64,000 bases of DNA from an uncultured Nitrososphaerota archaeon (GTDB lineage: Archaea; Thermoproteota; Nitrososphaeria; Nitrososphaerales; Gagatemarchaeaceae). Positions within the stretch are counted from its first letter, which is position 1. Each line of letters starts with the position of its first letter. Positions 28,835-38,557 of this stretch are shown piece after piece. The position numbers were made by a program, and so were the translations under genes. The stretch is from assembly GCA_963703285.1 (NCBI GenBank), contig OY969807.1, positions 2,080,001 through 2,144,000 on the forward strand, written 5' to 3'. The notes under the pieces were generated by a model. The model was not told where the DNA came from. It ran no database searches and saw only the letters and a list, made by a program, of their open reading frames with translations.

Positions 28835-29245
28835 ATGAGCGACCCTCGGCTGATGGGGATGGACATGCCTCCAGATGACGGCGCGGCGAGGTCGGACCTG
28901 CTAGACCTCCTTCCCCTTCTCTCGTCCGGAGGAATCACCATCACCGTGGGCGGATATCCCCTCCTCTCCATCAACTCGAGCGAGAAGGTCATGGACATGG
29001 AGGTCCAGGGAGTGAAGGAGGCTGGGCTCAAGCTGTCAACCCTGATAGAGGTGGCAGAGCGCGACTCTCACCTCCTGGGCGCCTCGGCCGCTCTTGCGAG
29101 CAAGCTCTCGCACCTGGGGTGGAGGCTCACCCTCTATGACAAAGGCAGCCGCCTTCTTGCCGTCGGGAGCGGCATCTCGAGGCTGACGGGCCACGTCAGC
29201 GTGAACCCGCTGGATCTGCGGAAGCTTCTCGACGATTTGAGGTAG
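28835..29245 (+). CDS. Hypothetical protein
   Basis: ORF with host-like codon bias; start uncertain. Confidence 0.55.
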   Translation: MSDPRLMGMDMPPDDGAARSDLLDLLPLLSSGGITITVGGYPLLSINSSEKVMDMEVQGVKEAGLKLSTLIEVAERDSHLLGASAALASKLSHLGWRLTLYDKGSRLLAVGSGISRLTGHVSVNPLDLRKLLDDLR

Positions 29246-29255
29246 TGTCCGAAGC

Positions 29256-29519
29256 CTACTTCGCAGGCACGGCCGCCGACAGCATCTCTACGTGCTTGTT
29301 TGCAAGGGCCTTCCTCTCCTCCTCCGTCATCTCCCTCATGTGCACCGAGAGGGTGACCGTGCCGTTCAGCTCCAGGCTCATCCTGACGTTCGGGAGCGTA
29401 ACGCTCACCTTGTCAAAGTTCAGTTCGAGTTTCGAGTGCTTGTTCGCAAGGGCCTCGAGCACGCCGCCGAAGACCCCCTTCTCCAGTCCTGCCATTCCCT
29501 TCTCCTTTTCTTCAGACAT
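29256..29519 (-). CDS. Hypothetical protein
   Basis: 87 aa ORF with TAAATA box about 25-30 nt upstream. Confidence 0.6.
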   Translation of the reverse strand: MSEEKEKGMAGLEKGVFGGVLEALANKHSKLELNFDKVSVTLPNVRMSLELNGTVTLSVHMREMTEEERKALANKHVEMLSAAVPAK

Positions 29520-29569
29520 ACCCTCGAAAGTCGGACGACGGGTATTTACACATTTGGCCGGCAATCTCC

Positions 29570-30703
29570 CTAGAGGTGCCTCGTCTTCCTCCTGACGACG
29601 ACCCCCTTCGACGCGAGCTCGGACAGGAGCCTCCTCACCTCCTTCGCACCGAGCGCGCTCTCGGGAGGGAGGACGCCCGCGCCGGCTATCTCGCCCCTGC
29701 CGAGCATCCTCGCGACCGTGGCTGCGGTGAAACCGGTGGTGCGACCCATCGAGGTTACATTGTTCTCCTCGTCGTAGTCGTCGAGGAGCTCGAAGGAGAC
29801 CTCGACCCTCTTCCCCCGGCGAGTTCCGACCGTTATGACCCTCATCACCGTGAAGTCCTTCGGGTCCCCCCTCGTCAGGAGCTTCTGAAGCACCGCGGCG
29901 GAGACTTCGGAGGGCACAACCGAGACCCCATCCACGTGGACCGCATCGCTGCTGAAGAACCCCGCGTCGAGGAGGAACTTTATCCTCTCGGCGTGTCCCG
30001 GGTATCTCAACGTCCTCTCGTCCAGCTGCTCCAGCCCCTTGAGCGAGTAGATGGAGGATCCGAGGCCGTCGGTGTAGAACGCCTCGAGCGTCCCTATCGG
30101 CTCGCGGAACCTCACCTTCTCCACCTCAGCGAAGGGCCCCACGTACCTCACCTCCGATGACCTCACCACCCTTGCGCTCACGTACTCACGGATGAGCCCC
30201 TTGACCGAGAAGAGCAGCCTGTACGAGAGCGGAGGCTCCGGCTTCTGCGGCAGCCCCCCCACGTAGATGTGGCCCTCCCTGGGCCGGTCCATCGACCTCA
30301 TCCCCTCCGCGACGAGGATGTTGGAGAGACCTGGCGCGACGCCGCACCCCGGCATCAGGACGGACCCTCGCTCCCTGGCCCTCCCGTCCAGGGCCATCTG
30401 TTCGTCCTCGAAAGCGATGTTCACGAGCTTTGCGCCGCAGTCGATGGCAGCCAGGTCTGCCGGATGGACGACTCCGTGGGGAAGCGCGCTGACCGCGGCG
30501 TCTGTCCCCCTGAGGAAGCGCTGGACGCGAGCCCTGTCGGTCACGTCAATCTTGGACGTCACGGCCCCGGACTTCTCCTTCACAGCGGCGAGCCTGTGCT
30601 CGTCGAAGTCTGCCACCCTGACCTCATCCACATCCTTCGACCTGGCAAGGTCCCAGGCTACGGCCGAGCCCATCATCCCCGCCCCGATGACAGCTATCTT
30701 CAT
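29570..30703 (-). CDS. Saccharopine dehydrogenase / lysine 6-dehydrogenase family
   Basis: MKIAVIGAGMMG, GCGVAPGLSN, VGGLP, TLRYPGH, TSMGRTTG. Confidence 0.9.
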   Translation of the reverse strand: MKIAVIGAGMMGSAVAWDLARSKDVDEVRVADFDEHRLAAVKEKSGAVTSKIDVTDRARVQRFLRGTDAAVSALPHGVVHPADLAAIDCGAKLVNIAFEDEQMALDGRARERGSVLMPGCGVAPGLSNILVAEGMRSMDRPREGHIYVGGLPQKPEPPLSYRLLFSVKGLIREYVSARVVRSSEVRYVGPFAEVEKVRFREPIGTLEAFYTDGLGSSIYSLKGLEQLDERTLRYPGHAERIKFLLDAGFFSSDAVHVDGVSVVPSEVSAAVLQKLLTRGDPKDFTVMRVITVGTRRGKRVEVSFELLDDYDEENNVTSMGRTTGFTAATVARMLGRGEIAGAGVLPPESALGAKEVRRLLSELASKGVVVRRKTRHL

Positions 30704-30805
30704 CGCGGCGAGAGGGTTGTCATCCCGATTTAACGGTTGGTTGCCGTGGAGCGGGGACCACGACGACCAAGGGCGCGGTCGTCCGTCCACCGCAACGATG
30801 CCGGG

Positions 30806-31642
30806 CTAGGGCTCCCTCAGCCCGAGCGACTCGATGAAATTTATCGCGTCCTCGACGGACGGCTGAGCGGCGAGGCCGTGCCTTCCCTCCGCCCTGCAGT
30901 AAGCCCAAGTCGACCCCGCCAGGAGAGGGAGGAGCCTGTCGGTACTCAGCCCCGGCCCAACGCTGGTCACGGCGAAGGGCACCGTCGCCTCCCTCTGGAG
31001 CGAGAAGACGCAGCCCAGGACCTCGAACAGGTCCTGCCTCTGAGGCGTGTGCGACATCATGCTGACGAACTTCCCTCCCCTCTTCTCTGCCGCCCGCAGG
31101 ATCCTCCGCGCCTGCGTTTTTCGAAGCACGCCGGGCAAGCTACACGACATCACGACCTCGGCACCCGAGGCCCTCACCTCCTCGGCGAGATTGGACTGCA
31201 GCCTGACGACATCTCGTTCCATCGAGAGACCAGGGAGACTCAGACCAGGGAGACTCCGACCAGGGCCCGGGCCGCGTCCTGGTCTGCGCTTCCCTCCTCT
31301 TCCTGACGGCGAGCTGAAGGTGTCGAGCTCGATGTCGGCCGCGGCGGCTCCCAGCCCCACAGCAAGCTTCAGCGCATCCACCCTCGACTCCTCACTTATC
31401 TCCGGTAGGCGCGGGTAACCGTAGAGCGCCATGTACGACGGCCTTCGGTGGGCTGCTATGCAGGGCTTGGACGTGGAGCGGAAGATGTCTGATAACCCCT
31501 TGGAGCCGAGGGGAGAGAGGTTGACCTCGAACGAATCCACCATCCGATCGTACTTCTCGATCAGCTTGAGGCAATCCTGCACCGTCGGTTCGCTGACGAC
31601 CAGGCACGTGAACGGGACGCGGAGCTGGGAAAGCCCCGTCAG
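30806..31642 (-). CDS. Type I 3-dehydroquinate dehydratase-like protein, catalytic residues apparently absent
   Basis: ADIEL, RLLPLLAGSTWAYC and AAQPSV match the AroD pattern; VMSCS and FVSMM replace the SYH and VKIA motifs; start uncertain. Confidence 0.6.
   Translation of the reverse strand: MTGLSQLRVPFTCLVVSEPTVQDCLKLIEKYDRMVDSFEVNLSPLGSKGLSDIFRSTSKPCIAAHRRPSYMALYGYPRLPEISEESRVDALKLAVGLGAAAADIELDTFSSPSGRGGKRRPGRGPGPGRSLPGLSLPGLSMERDVVRLQSNLAEEVRASGAEVVMSCSLPGVLRKTQARRILRAAEKRGGKFVSMMSHTPQRQDLFEVLGCVFSLQREATVPFAVTSVGPGLSTDRLLPLLAGSTWAYCRAEGRHGLAAQPSVEDAINFIESLGLREP
31227..31265. repeat. In-frame 15-bp tandem repeat (2.6 copies)
   Basis: AGACCAGGGAGACTC twice plus CGACCAGGG; encodes SLPGLSLPGL. 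Confidence 0.85.
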
Positions 31643-31772
31643 AGGACGGCCCCCAGAGGAGACAACTGACTCGAGCGGCCGGCCAGAGGCGGATGAACTT
31701 AAACCCATGGGAAGCGGACCGATTCGGGTGCCTGAGAGGATATCAACCCCCCTACCCTCCCTCGTCCATCGC

Positions 31773-32162
31773 ATGATCCTGATAGACTGTTCCGAGCTGC
31801 CCGTCGACGAGAAGTTGGCTCTCGCGGCCCGGATCTCGGACGAGATGGACGGGAGGGTGATTGCTCTGGTGAAGGGCAGGGACATCGTCCTCGACGAGGT
31901 CTCCGGCGAGACGCCCGCCATCTCTTCCGTCAGGTCCATCGTCGAGGACTTCGTCTCACATCGAAAGGAAGGCTCGCGCTACTCCCTGGATGTCTCCGGC
32001 GACCGGATAGTGGTCCATCCCGCCGATCCCATCCCTGGGCTTAGGAAGGAGCGGGAGAACGACCTTCCGCCCAACCTGAAGCAGTGCCCCTTCTGCGGCT
32101 TCGTCACCGAGTACGACGGGCTGTACATTGTCCACGTGAGGGCGCACGGAGCCGGGTTCTAG
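31773..32162 (+). CDS. Protein with C-terminal C2H2 zinc finger
   Basis: CPFCGF...YIVHVRAH. Confidence 0.75.
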   Translation: MILIDCSELPVDEKLALAARISDEMDGRVIALVKGRDIVLDEVSGETPAISSVRSIVEDFVSHRKEGSRYSLDVSGDRIVVHPADPIPGLRKERENDLPPNLKQCPFCGFVTEYDGLYIVHVRAHGAGF

Positions 32163-32171
32163 GGACAGTCC

Positions 32172-32678
32172 CTACGGGACGACCAATACCGGGCAGCTGG
32201 CGTGTCGCATCACGCTGGTCGACACGCTGCCCTCCAGGAACCTCCTGAGCCCCCCCGTCCCGCTCGACCCCGTGACTATGAGGTCGACTCCCTCCCGCTT
32301 GGCCCTCTGGACCACCTCGTCGGCTACCGCCGCGTCGGGCATAGCAACCTCGGGGTGGGCGTTGACGCCGCTCCCCTCTAGGGACTCAACGAGTCTAGAT
32401 ACCCATCTCTCATCCTTCTTCTTCATCTGGTCGAAGGATGCCAGACACTGGGCCGAAGCCAGCTGGTACGGGACGACGAAGCCCGGGGGTGAAGGGATGA
32501 TGGGGGGAACCGAGGGGGAAAGCACGTGGAGGATGACCAGCTCTGCCCCGCTTAGCGACGCCAGAGCCGCGGCCAGCTCGAGCGGCTTCTCGGCCTTCTC
32601 TGGACTCTCTACGGCGACCATGATCTTCCTGAATGCCCTCGAGCGCGGAACAGTCTGCGTTCTGGCGGCCCTCTTCAT
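32172..32678 (-). CDS. Universal stress protein
   Basis: FRKIMVAV, DLIVTGSSG...GSVSTSVMRHASCPVLVV. Confidence 0.92.
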   Translation of the reverse strand: MKRAARTQTVPRSRAFRKIMVAVESPEKAEKPLELAAALASLSGAELVILHVLSPSVPPIIPSPPGFVVPYQLASAQCLASFDQMKKKDERWVSRLVESLEGSGVNAHPEVAMPDAAVADEVVQRAKREGVDLIVTGSSGTGGLRRFLEGSVSTSVMRHASCPVLVVP

Positions 32679-32765
32679 GATGATTCTCTACATCGGGGAG
32701 GCAAACTTAAGGTGGCCGCGGGAAACGTACTGTAAACTCCTCTGAAACCCTGACCCACAGCCCGC

Positions 32766-34253
32766 TCAGGCGCCGGTCTTGGCCTTGTCCTGGCTCTGCC
32801 ACGGCGCGGCAGGCCTGGCCGTCCTCGCCTCCTTTCCCCTGAATATCGAGAGGAGGAGGGCGACCGCCAGAAGGGCGATCGAGCCAGCGAGCGCGGAGTG
32901 CATGCCCTGCAGGAACGCCGCCGAGAGCTGAGGCGTCAGGTTGTTCTTCAGGCCGCCCTCCCCCAGGAAGATCTCGAATGCGAGGTACCGGGGGACGGAA
33001 AGAGAAACGATGAGAAGGGCCATCGCGAAGCTTCCCACCGTCCCTATGTTGGAGAACGTGCGGAGCAAACCCGAGGCGACGCCGTAGGCGTTGCGCGGAG
33101 CGCTGGCCATCACGGCGCTGTTGTTCGCCGGGAAGAACGAGCTGCTACCCGACCCCGAGACCACGGAGCCCAGCACCACCACGTAGATGGAGGAGTCGAG
33201 CGAGAGCGTGGAGTAGACGAGTATTCCCAGGATCTGCAGGACCAAACCTATCGACGCGATTATGCGGGCGCCGTGCCTGTCCGCGAGCCGCCCCGAGAAG
33301 GGGGCGATCACCGCGCCCAGGACGTACCCAGGTACGAGGAGAACCGAGGCGTTGAATGGGGAGAAGCCCCTCGGCCCCTGCAGGTACATGATCACTAGGA
33401 AGAGCACCGCGAAGGTCGCAAGCGCCTGGAAGAAAGCGGCGAAGACCCCCGTCGTCAGGACCCGCTCCTTGAGCATGCCGAGGTCGATCAGTGGGGACTT
33501 GACGCGCCTCTCGCAGAGGACGAATGCGAGCACCGCGACGAGGCCGCTCACGACCTCGGCCCCGTAGGTGGTCGACCACCCCGAACCGGTGAGGTTCGTC
33601 AGCCCCAGGAGGACCAGGAACAGGCCCGCGCCAAGGAGGCCCATGCCGATAAAGTCGAGCTTCGCCTTGATCTTCGGGGACCTCTCCTTGAGGATGAGGA
33701 ATCCCGCCGTGGTGGCGACGACGCCTATCGGGAGGTTGATGAAGAAAATGTACCTCCAGCTGAGGTACGTGACGAACGCCCCCCCGATTAGGATGCCAAG
33801 GATCGCGCCCACGGACCATCCGACGCCCGAGAAGCCGTACGCCTTACCCCTCTCGTTCGCAGGGAACGTGTCGGCGATCACCGCGCCGCTGTTCGAGGAG
33901 ATTAGGGCCCCTCCTACCCCCTGGACCACCCGGAAGGCTATCAGCTCGTTCCCCGTCTGCGAGATTCCGCAGAGGAGGGAGCCGGCCGTGAAGACCGCGA
34001 AACCGAGGTTGTAGAGCCTCGCCCTGCCGTACATGTCGCCGAACCTCCCGACCTGGGTCCCGAGGACGGTTATGACGAGCAGGTAGGCCATTATCACCCA
34101 GATCATGCTGATGATGTCGGAGTGAAGGTCGGTTACCATGACAGGGAGCCCGAGGATGACGGCCGTGGTGTCGATGGCGCTCATCATCACGCCCGTCATG
34201 ACGATTGCGAGGGCTGCGGCGCGGTAGCGTCCCTCGGACCAGGTCTTGGACAT
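32766..34253 (-). CDS. MFS transporter, DHA2 (14 TM)
   Basis: GRFGDMYGR, RVVQGVGG, SWRYIFFINLPIG. Confidence 0.92.
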   Translation of the reverse strand: MSKTWSEGRYRAAALAIVMTGVMMSAIDTTAVILGLPVMVTDLHSDIISMIWVIMAYLLVITVLGTQVGRFGDMYGRARLYNLGFAVFTAGSLLCGISQTGNELIAFRVVQGVGGALISSNSGAVIADTFPANERGKAYGFSGVGWSVGAILGILIGGAFVTYLSWRYIFFINLPIGVVATTAGFLILKERSPKIKAKLDFIGMGLLGAGLFLVLLGLTNLTGSGWSTTYGAEVVSGLVAVLAFVLCERRVKSPLIDLGMLKERVLTTGVFAAFFQALATFAVLFLVIMYLQGPRGFSPFNASVLLVPGYVLGAVIAPFSGRLADRHGARIIASIGLVLQILGILVYSTLSLDSSIYVVVLGSVVSGSGSSSFFPANNSAVMASAPRNAYGVASGLLRTFSNIGTVGSFAMALLIVSLSVPRYLAFEIFLGEGGLKNNLTPQLSAAFLQGMHSALAGSIALLAVALLLSIFRGKEARTARPAAPWQSQDKAKTGA

Positions 34254-34270
34254 CTCGGACACCCGCGAGC

Positions 34271-34576
34271 CTATCTCGCTGGGGCCTTCTTGGACCCCTT
34301 CTGTACGTAATCGAAGAACCTCTCGACCTCTGACCCCGAGCTCCACTCCGCCCTGATGCGCGTCTTCTTGACGGCCCTGCGCATCTCCGACAGGAGGGCG
34401 CGGTTCAGATCCTTGGCGCTCTCGCCCTCGAACTCACCGCTCACCTCGAATCCGCCTTCGACCGGCTTCGCCGTCCCGTGCCCTGCGAGGGCCTTCTCCA
34501 GAACGGGCCCTATCGAGGAGGGGTTGTCACTGCTTATGCGCGCGAACAGCATAAAGCGCTTTCGCACCGGTGCCAT
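34271..34576 (-). CDS. Hypothetical protein
   Basis: GESAKDLNRALLSEMRR...ERFFDYV; function unknown. Confidence 0.6.
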   Translation of the reverse strand: MAPVRKRFMLFARISSDNPSSIGPVLEKALAGHGTAKPVEGGFEVSGEFEGESAKDLNRALLSEMRRAVKKTRIRAEWSSGSEVERFFDYVQKGSKKAPAR

Positions 34577-34601
34577 CGGCTGCAGGATTTCGTCAGTTCC
34601 T

Positions 34602-34991
34602 TTAAGACTTCGCGCTGGGGCTTGCATTCGACTTCGGGTCATCGTTCGCGACCACCGACCCTGGTGGTCCTTCTTGGGTTAAGGGCGGCTCCCCTGGCGC
34701 CGCTTCGCCGCCTTCCTCCCTATTCTTCATCGCCGCCTCTGCAGCTCTGGACCTGGAACGTGACCTCCTGACCGCGTACTCGGCTATGGCTAGGTTCAGT
34801 ATCAGGAAGATGCCCGAAAGTGTCTTGTGGACCACGGCGGACCAGGACCAGTACCCGATGAGAAACAGCGGCGGGTACTCCAGGAAGAAGAGAGCGAAGA
34901 ATATTGGGGCCGCGACGGTCAGGTAGAGGTTGAGGTCGGTCCTAGGCCGTCCCGCTCCCTTGGGCTGGATGCCATCGGAGGATTGGTCCAA
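34602..34991 (-). CDS. Small two-TM membrane protein
   Basis: Two hydrophobic segments; TTATAT upstream. Confidence 0.55.
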   Translation of the reverse strand: MDQSSDGIQPKGAGRPRTDLNLYLTVAAPIFFALFFLEYPPLFLIGYWSWSAVVHKTLSGIFLILNLAIAEYAVRRSRSRSRAAEAAMKNREEGGEAAPGEPPLTQEGPPGSVVANDDPKSNASPSAKS

Positions 34992-35041
34992 ACCTCAGTG
35001 TCCCCGGGGATCCCTGCATATAACCTGAGAAATCCCGCCTT

Positions 35042-36136
35042 CTAGCCGCGAGCCTTTCTGCCCGGTCCTTCGAGGTCGGCCTCCCAACTGAGGATGTAGA
35101 CGGCAGCTATCGCAAGGCCCCCTCCGATGGCGACGTCGATTATCCTCACTATTGCGAACTCCCAATTCCCGGGAAAGATGATGTTCAGCAGGATTATGAG
35201 GAACGGCGTCACGAAGGCCTGGAAGAGAGCAGGGCTGACCAGCCGCGACGAGTTCATCGCGAAGGCAAAGATCGACATAAACGCGACGAGAACGGCAAGG
35301 TTAGAGGTCTCGAGCGTTATCGCCGCCGCAATCACCGAACCGATTGCAGTACCTGCGACGAGGACCGCCGTCGAATCGATAGTGGGACCTATCCCCTGTC
35401 TTATCGCTATGATGACCGTAATCAGAATCCAGATGTCCCTCGGCAGATGGAGCGCCAGTCCTATTGCGAGTCCTGTCGATGCGGCGATGCCTGTCGCAAG
35501 CGCCTGGCGAACGGCCTCGGAGTGCACTAGCTGACCCATCATGAGGGGATGCACGTGACGAGAGCCGACCGTCGTCTTCTGAGCTCCACCTTCAAGAGGT
35601 ACCTTGGAGGTCGGACGGAACGCCATCTGAATCCCTACACCCAGCAGGATCCAAAGGGCCCCGGCCATGGATGTCCATAGCCTCTCGACGGCGGCCGCGG
35701 TCGATGCTCCGGGGAGCCCGATTCCTACCGCAAAGATGATCGCCGCCATCAACCCGACCTGCGACCATCCCTGGTAGGTCCTGATGGTCAGAAACGCGAA
35801 GATTCCCAAGCCTACGAGGGGGATCGCCAGCAGCCCCACCGTCCCGCAGAGGGTCCCAGCGGCAAAGACCGCCGGCTCGAGTACGCAAGCCAGGGCCAGC
35901 ATCCTGAAACGGGTGGCGCCGGGACCGCTTCCCTCCGTACTGGTGAGAAAGTTCGCTCCGAGCGTAGCGTAAAGGCCCTGGAAAAGGTAGCCTGTGGCCG
36001 CCCCTAGGATGACGGGCGTGACCACGAAGAAGCCGGCTCTGAGTCCTGTGATGGCATCGAACCGCGACCAATCTGCACGGAGGATTTCGTGCAGCAACTC
36101 AGCTCTCCGCGGCGACGTGTGGGCAGAGCCGTCCAA
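35042..36136 (-). CDS. FUSC/YccS-like membrane protein
   Basis: GLRAG, WILITVIIAIRQ, GTAIGSVI, VRIIDVAIGG. Confidence 0.8.
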   Translation of the reverse strand: MDGSAHTSPRRAELLHEILRADWSRFDAITGLRAGFFVVTPVILGAATGYLFQGLYATLGANFLTSTEGSGPGATRFRMLALACVLEPAVFAAGTLCGTVGLLAIPLVGLGIFAFLTIRTYQGWSQVGLMAAIIFAVGIGLPGASTAAAVERLWTSMAGALWILLGVGIQMAFRPTSKVPLEGGAQKTTVGSRHVHPLMMGQLVHSEAVRQALATGIAASTGLAIGLALHLPRDIWILITVIIAIRQGIGPTIDSTAVLVAGTAIGSVIAAAITLETSNLAVLVAFMSIFAFAMNSSRLVSPALFQAFVTPFLIILLNIIFPGNWEFAIVRIIDVAIGGGLAIAAVYILSWEADLEGPGRKARG

Positions 36137-36569
36137 TCGAAGCGGAGCATCTCCGTTTCCCAGATATTAGAGCGCGTCGCTCTCGGTCGGACGACCCAGT
36201 GAACATCCTCTCGCGTGGAGGCCGAGTCGCTTGGAAGATGCGTCGCTATGAATCAGCGGGCCAGCCCTTGAGTCCCGGGCCCCGCTCCATCGCATGAGCG
36301 AAGAGGTGGCATCGAACGAGGTCTCCCGCGACAACGTGGAGCGGGGTCCTTGGAACGCCGTGGATGCAGACCGCAACGACGACGAGGAGGGTCGTCTGCA
36401 CAACTGGAGCAAGGGCTACGCTTGCACAGGAGCGAACGAAGCCTTCCCATCGATGAGGAAGTCAGAGACACGCAAGAGGAGATGGCGTTAGTCGACTGAC
36501 GCGAGGCGAGACACGACCTATCCAGCTCACTGCGGTGCTGAGCCATCCGAATCAGACTTATCTTCCTCG

Positions 36570-37166
36570 TTGCGGATACGACAGGCCGCTTTGAAGAAGG
36601 CAACGAAGAGGGGCCAGCTCGCATTCGTCGTCCAGAAGCACAAGGCCACCTCCCTGCACTATGATTTCCGGCTCGAGATAGGCGGCGTGATGCCCTCGTG
36701 GTCGGTTCCCAAGGGCCCGTCGCTCGATAGCGCCGTCAAGCGCCTCGCGATGCCCACCGGCGACCACAATCTGGAGTACAGGCACTTCGAGGGGGTCCTC
36801 CCTCCCGGGTACGGGGCGGGGCCAGTTATGATCTGGGACGAGGGTACCTACAATCCTGAAATCGAGATAGAGAAGGGGGTCAGAGAGGAGATCAAGGACA
36901 GGAAGGAGGCCGAGGCCCTGGCATCAAAGAGCCTAAAAGATGGGAACATCAAATTCACGCTCTACGGAAAGAAGCTTCACGGCTCGTTCGCCCTCGTCCG
37001 AACCAAGGGGTTCGGGGGGAAGGAGTCCTGGCTCCTCATAAAGCACAGGGACGATTTCTGTGTCCCCGGTTACGATGCAAACAAGTTCGACTTGTCCGCC
37101 GTCTCCGGCCGTTCGATGGCGAAGATACAGGCCGAAGACCAGCCCGGAATTCAGTCCTTTGCCTAG
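36570..37166 (+). CDS. Stand-alone LigD 3'-phosphoesterase (PE) domain
   Basis: FVVQKHKATSLHYDFRLE, SWSVPKGPS, KRLAM, IWDEG, WLLIK; start uncertain. Confidence 0.9.
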   Translation: MRIRQAALKKATKRGQLAFVVQKHKATSLHYDFRLEIGGVMPSWSVPKGPSLDSAVKRLAMPTGDHNLEYRHFEGVLPPGYGAGPVMIWDEGTYNPEIEIEKGVREEIKDRKEAEALASKSLKDGNIKFTLYGKKLHGSFALVRTKGFGGKESWLLIKHRDDFCVPGYDANKFDLSAVSGRSMAKIQAEDQPGIQSFA

Positions 37167-37271
37167 GCCAGTGGAATTTCGGGTCACAAGACTCGCTGAC
37201 GCCCGTGCGAAGGACCGACCTGCATGCTCCCTCCAGCCGATAGAAAGGCCGTACTAGGACTGTCTGCAGTA

Positions 37272-37288
37272 TACAACCGCGGGTTGTA
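37272..37288. promoter_or_regulatory. Palindrome upstream of the TATA box of the GMC operon
   Basis: TACAACC-GCG-GGTTGTA followed by TATATA about 30 nt before ATG 37327. Confidence 0.45.
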
Positions 37289-37326
37289 GGTGTGCGTATA
37301 TAGGCATATAACATACGTTTTGGACT

Positions 37327-38556
37327 ATGGCCGATAGCAGCAAGCCAATGAACAAGGAAGGAGACCGAAGGACTTTCCTCAAGATTGGTGCCGGCGTGGT
37401 GGCCGGTGCCGTCGTAGCAGGCGTCGCAACGGACGCCTACCTTAGTAGCGTGATCGGAAGCAACAATAGCAGCTCGAGCAGCACAGTCTCATCCCTCTCC
37501 AACCAGCTCGCGTCGACGCAGAATGATCTCTTGTCGACTGCATCCCAGCTGTCATCCGCACAGGCGCAGGCAGCGTCTCTGAGCGGCCAGCTGAGCTCTA
37601 CCCAGGCGCAGCTCACCAGCGCGAACTCCGCGCTGACCAGCGTCAGCTCGCAGCTCACCTCGACCCAGCAGCAGCTTGCGAGCGCCAGCGGGCAGGTCAC
37701 ATCGCTGAACGGCCAAGTGTCGACGCTTAACTCGGAGGTCACATCTCTGAACTCGGCGGTCTCGAGCGCGAACGCGCAGGCCTCAGACCTACAGACCTCA
37801 CTCTACCAGTCGCATGCGTTCCAAATCCTCACTCCGGCGGAAGTTACCCTCGTAAACGCCATCGCCGACACGATAATACCGACGGACAGCAATGGTCCCG
37901 GAGGCGCCAGTGCCGGATGCGCATATTTCCTCGACGGCCAGCTGGCCAGCAAGTACGGTGTGAGCGGTCACATGTACATGCAGGGACCTTTCATCTTTCA
38001 CGACCTGACGACACCTGTCACGCCGAGTGAGACGCCTCGCATATGGACTGCCGCGAATGGGCAGGCCTACACAGTGGGGACGAACACAACATTCTCGGCT
38101 GGCACCATGAAGACTGCCCCGGACAACGGCATGCGCTACCAGTACAACTTCAACCTCAGATACTTCTGGCACCTCGGGCTGGAGGCGCTCGAGACGTACG
38201 CGAACACCGCCTACGGTGGCAACTTCGAGACCCTCTCAGCTGCGGACCAGCTCAAGTGTCTGCAGGATCTCTACAACAACGTGCCGACGCAAGCCAGCTT
38301 CAGCGATATACTCCCCTCCGACTTCTTCTACGAGCTCTTCTTCATCTTGGTCAGCGGCTACTTCGTGGACCCGATGTACGGCGGGAACATCGGCATGGTT
38401 GGTTGGACCCTAACAGGCAACAACGGGGTGAACATGGGCAACTTCTACGGCGAAGGATACACGACCAAGCAGATAATGGTCATGACCAATCCCCCGATAC
38501 TAAAGCCCGCCAGCCTCGGCCAATTCCAGCAGGCAAACTTTTCGGAGGGCTATTGA
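37327..38556 (+). CDS. Gluconate 2-dehydrogenase subunit 3 (gamma)-like protein with Tat signal and coiled-coil stalk
   Basis: DRRTFLK, Ser/Gln/Leu heptads, IADTIIPTD..GPG, GYFVDPMYGGN..MVGW. Confidence 0.85.
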   Translation: MADSSKPMNKEGDRRTFLKIGAGVVAGAVVAGVATDAYLSSVIGSNNSSSSSTVSSLSNQLASTQNDLLSTASQLSSAQAQAASLSGQLSSTQAQLTSANSALTSVSSQLTSTQQQLASASGQVTSLNGQVSTLNSEVTSLNSAVSSANAQASDLQTSLYQSHAFQILTPAEVTLVNAIADTIIPTDSNGPGGASAGCAYFLDGQLASKYGVSGHMYMQGPFIFHDLTTPVTPSETPRIWTAANGQAYTVGTNTTFSAGTMKTAPDNGMRYQYNFNLRYFWHLGLEALETYANTAYGGNFETLSAADQLKCLQDLYNNVPTQASFSDILPSDFFYELFFILVSGYFVDPMYGGNIGMVGWTLTGNNGVNMGNFYGEGYTTKQIMVMTNPPILKPASLGQFQQANFSEGY

Positions 38557-38557
38557 G

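Noticed and set aside
36167-36560. Short ORFs between the FUSC and LigD-PE genes
   Set aside because: No motifs and conflicting frames; cannot be supported as genes.
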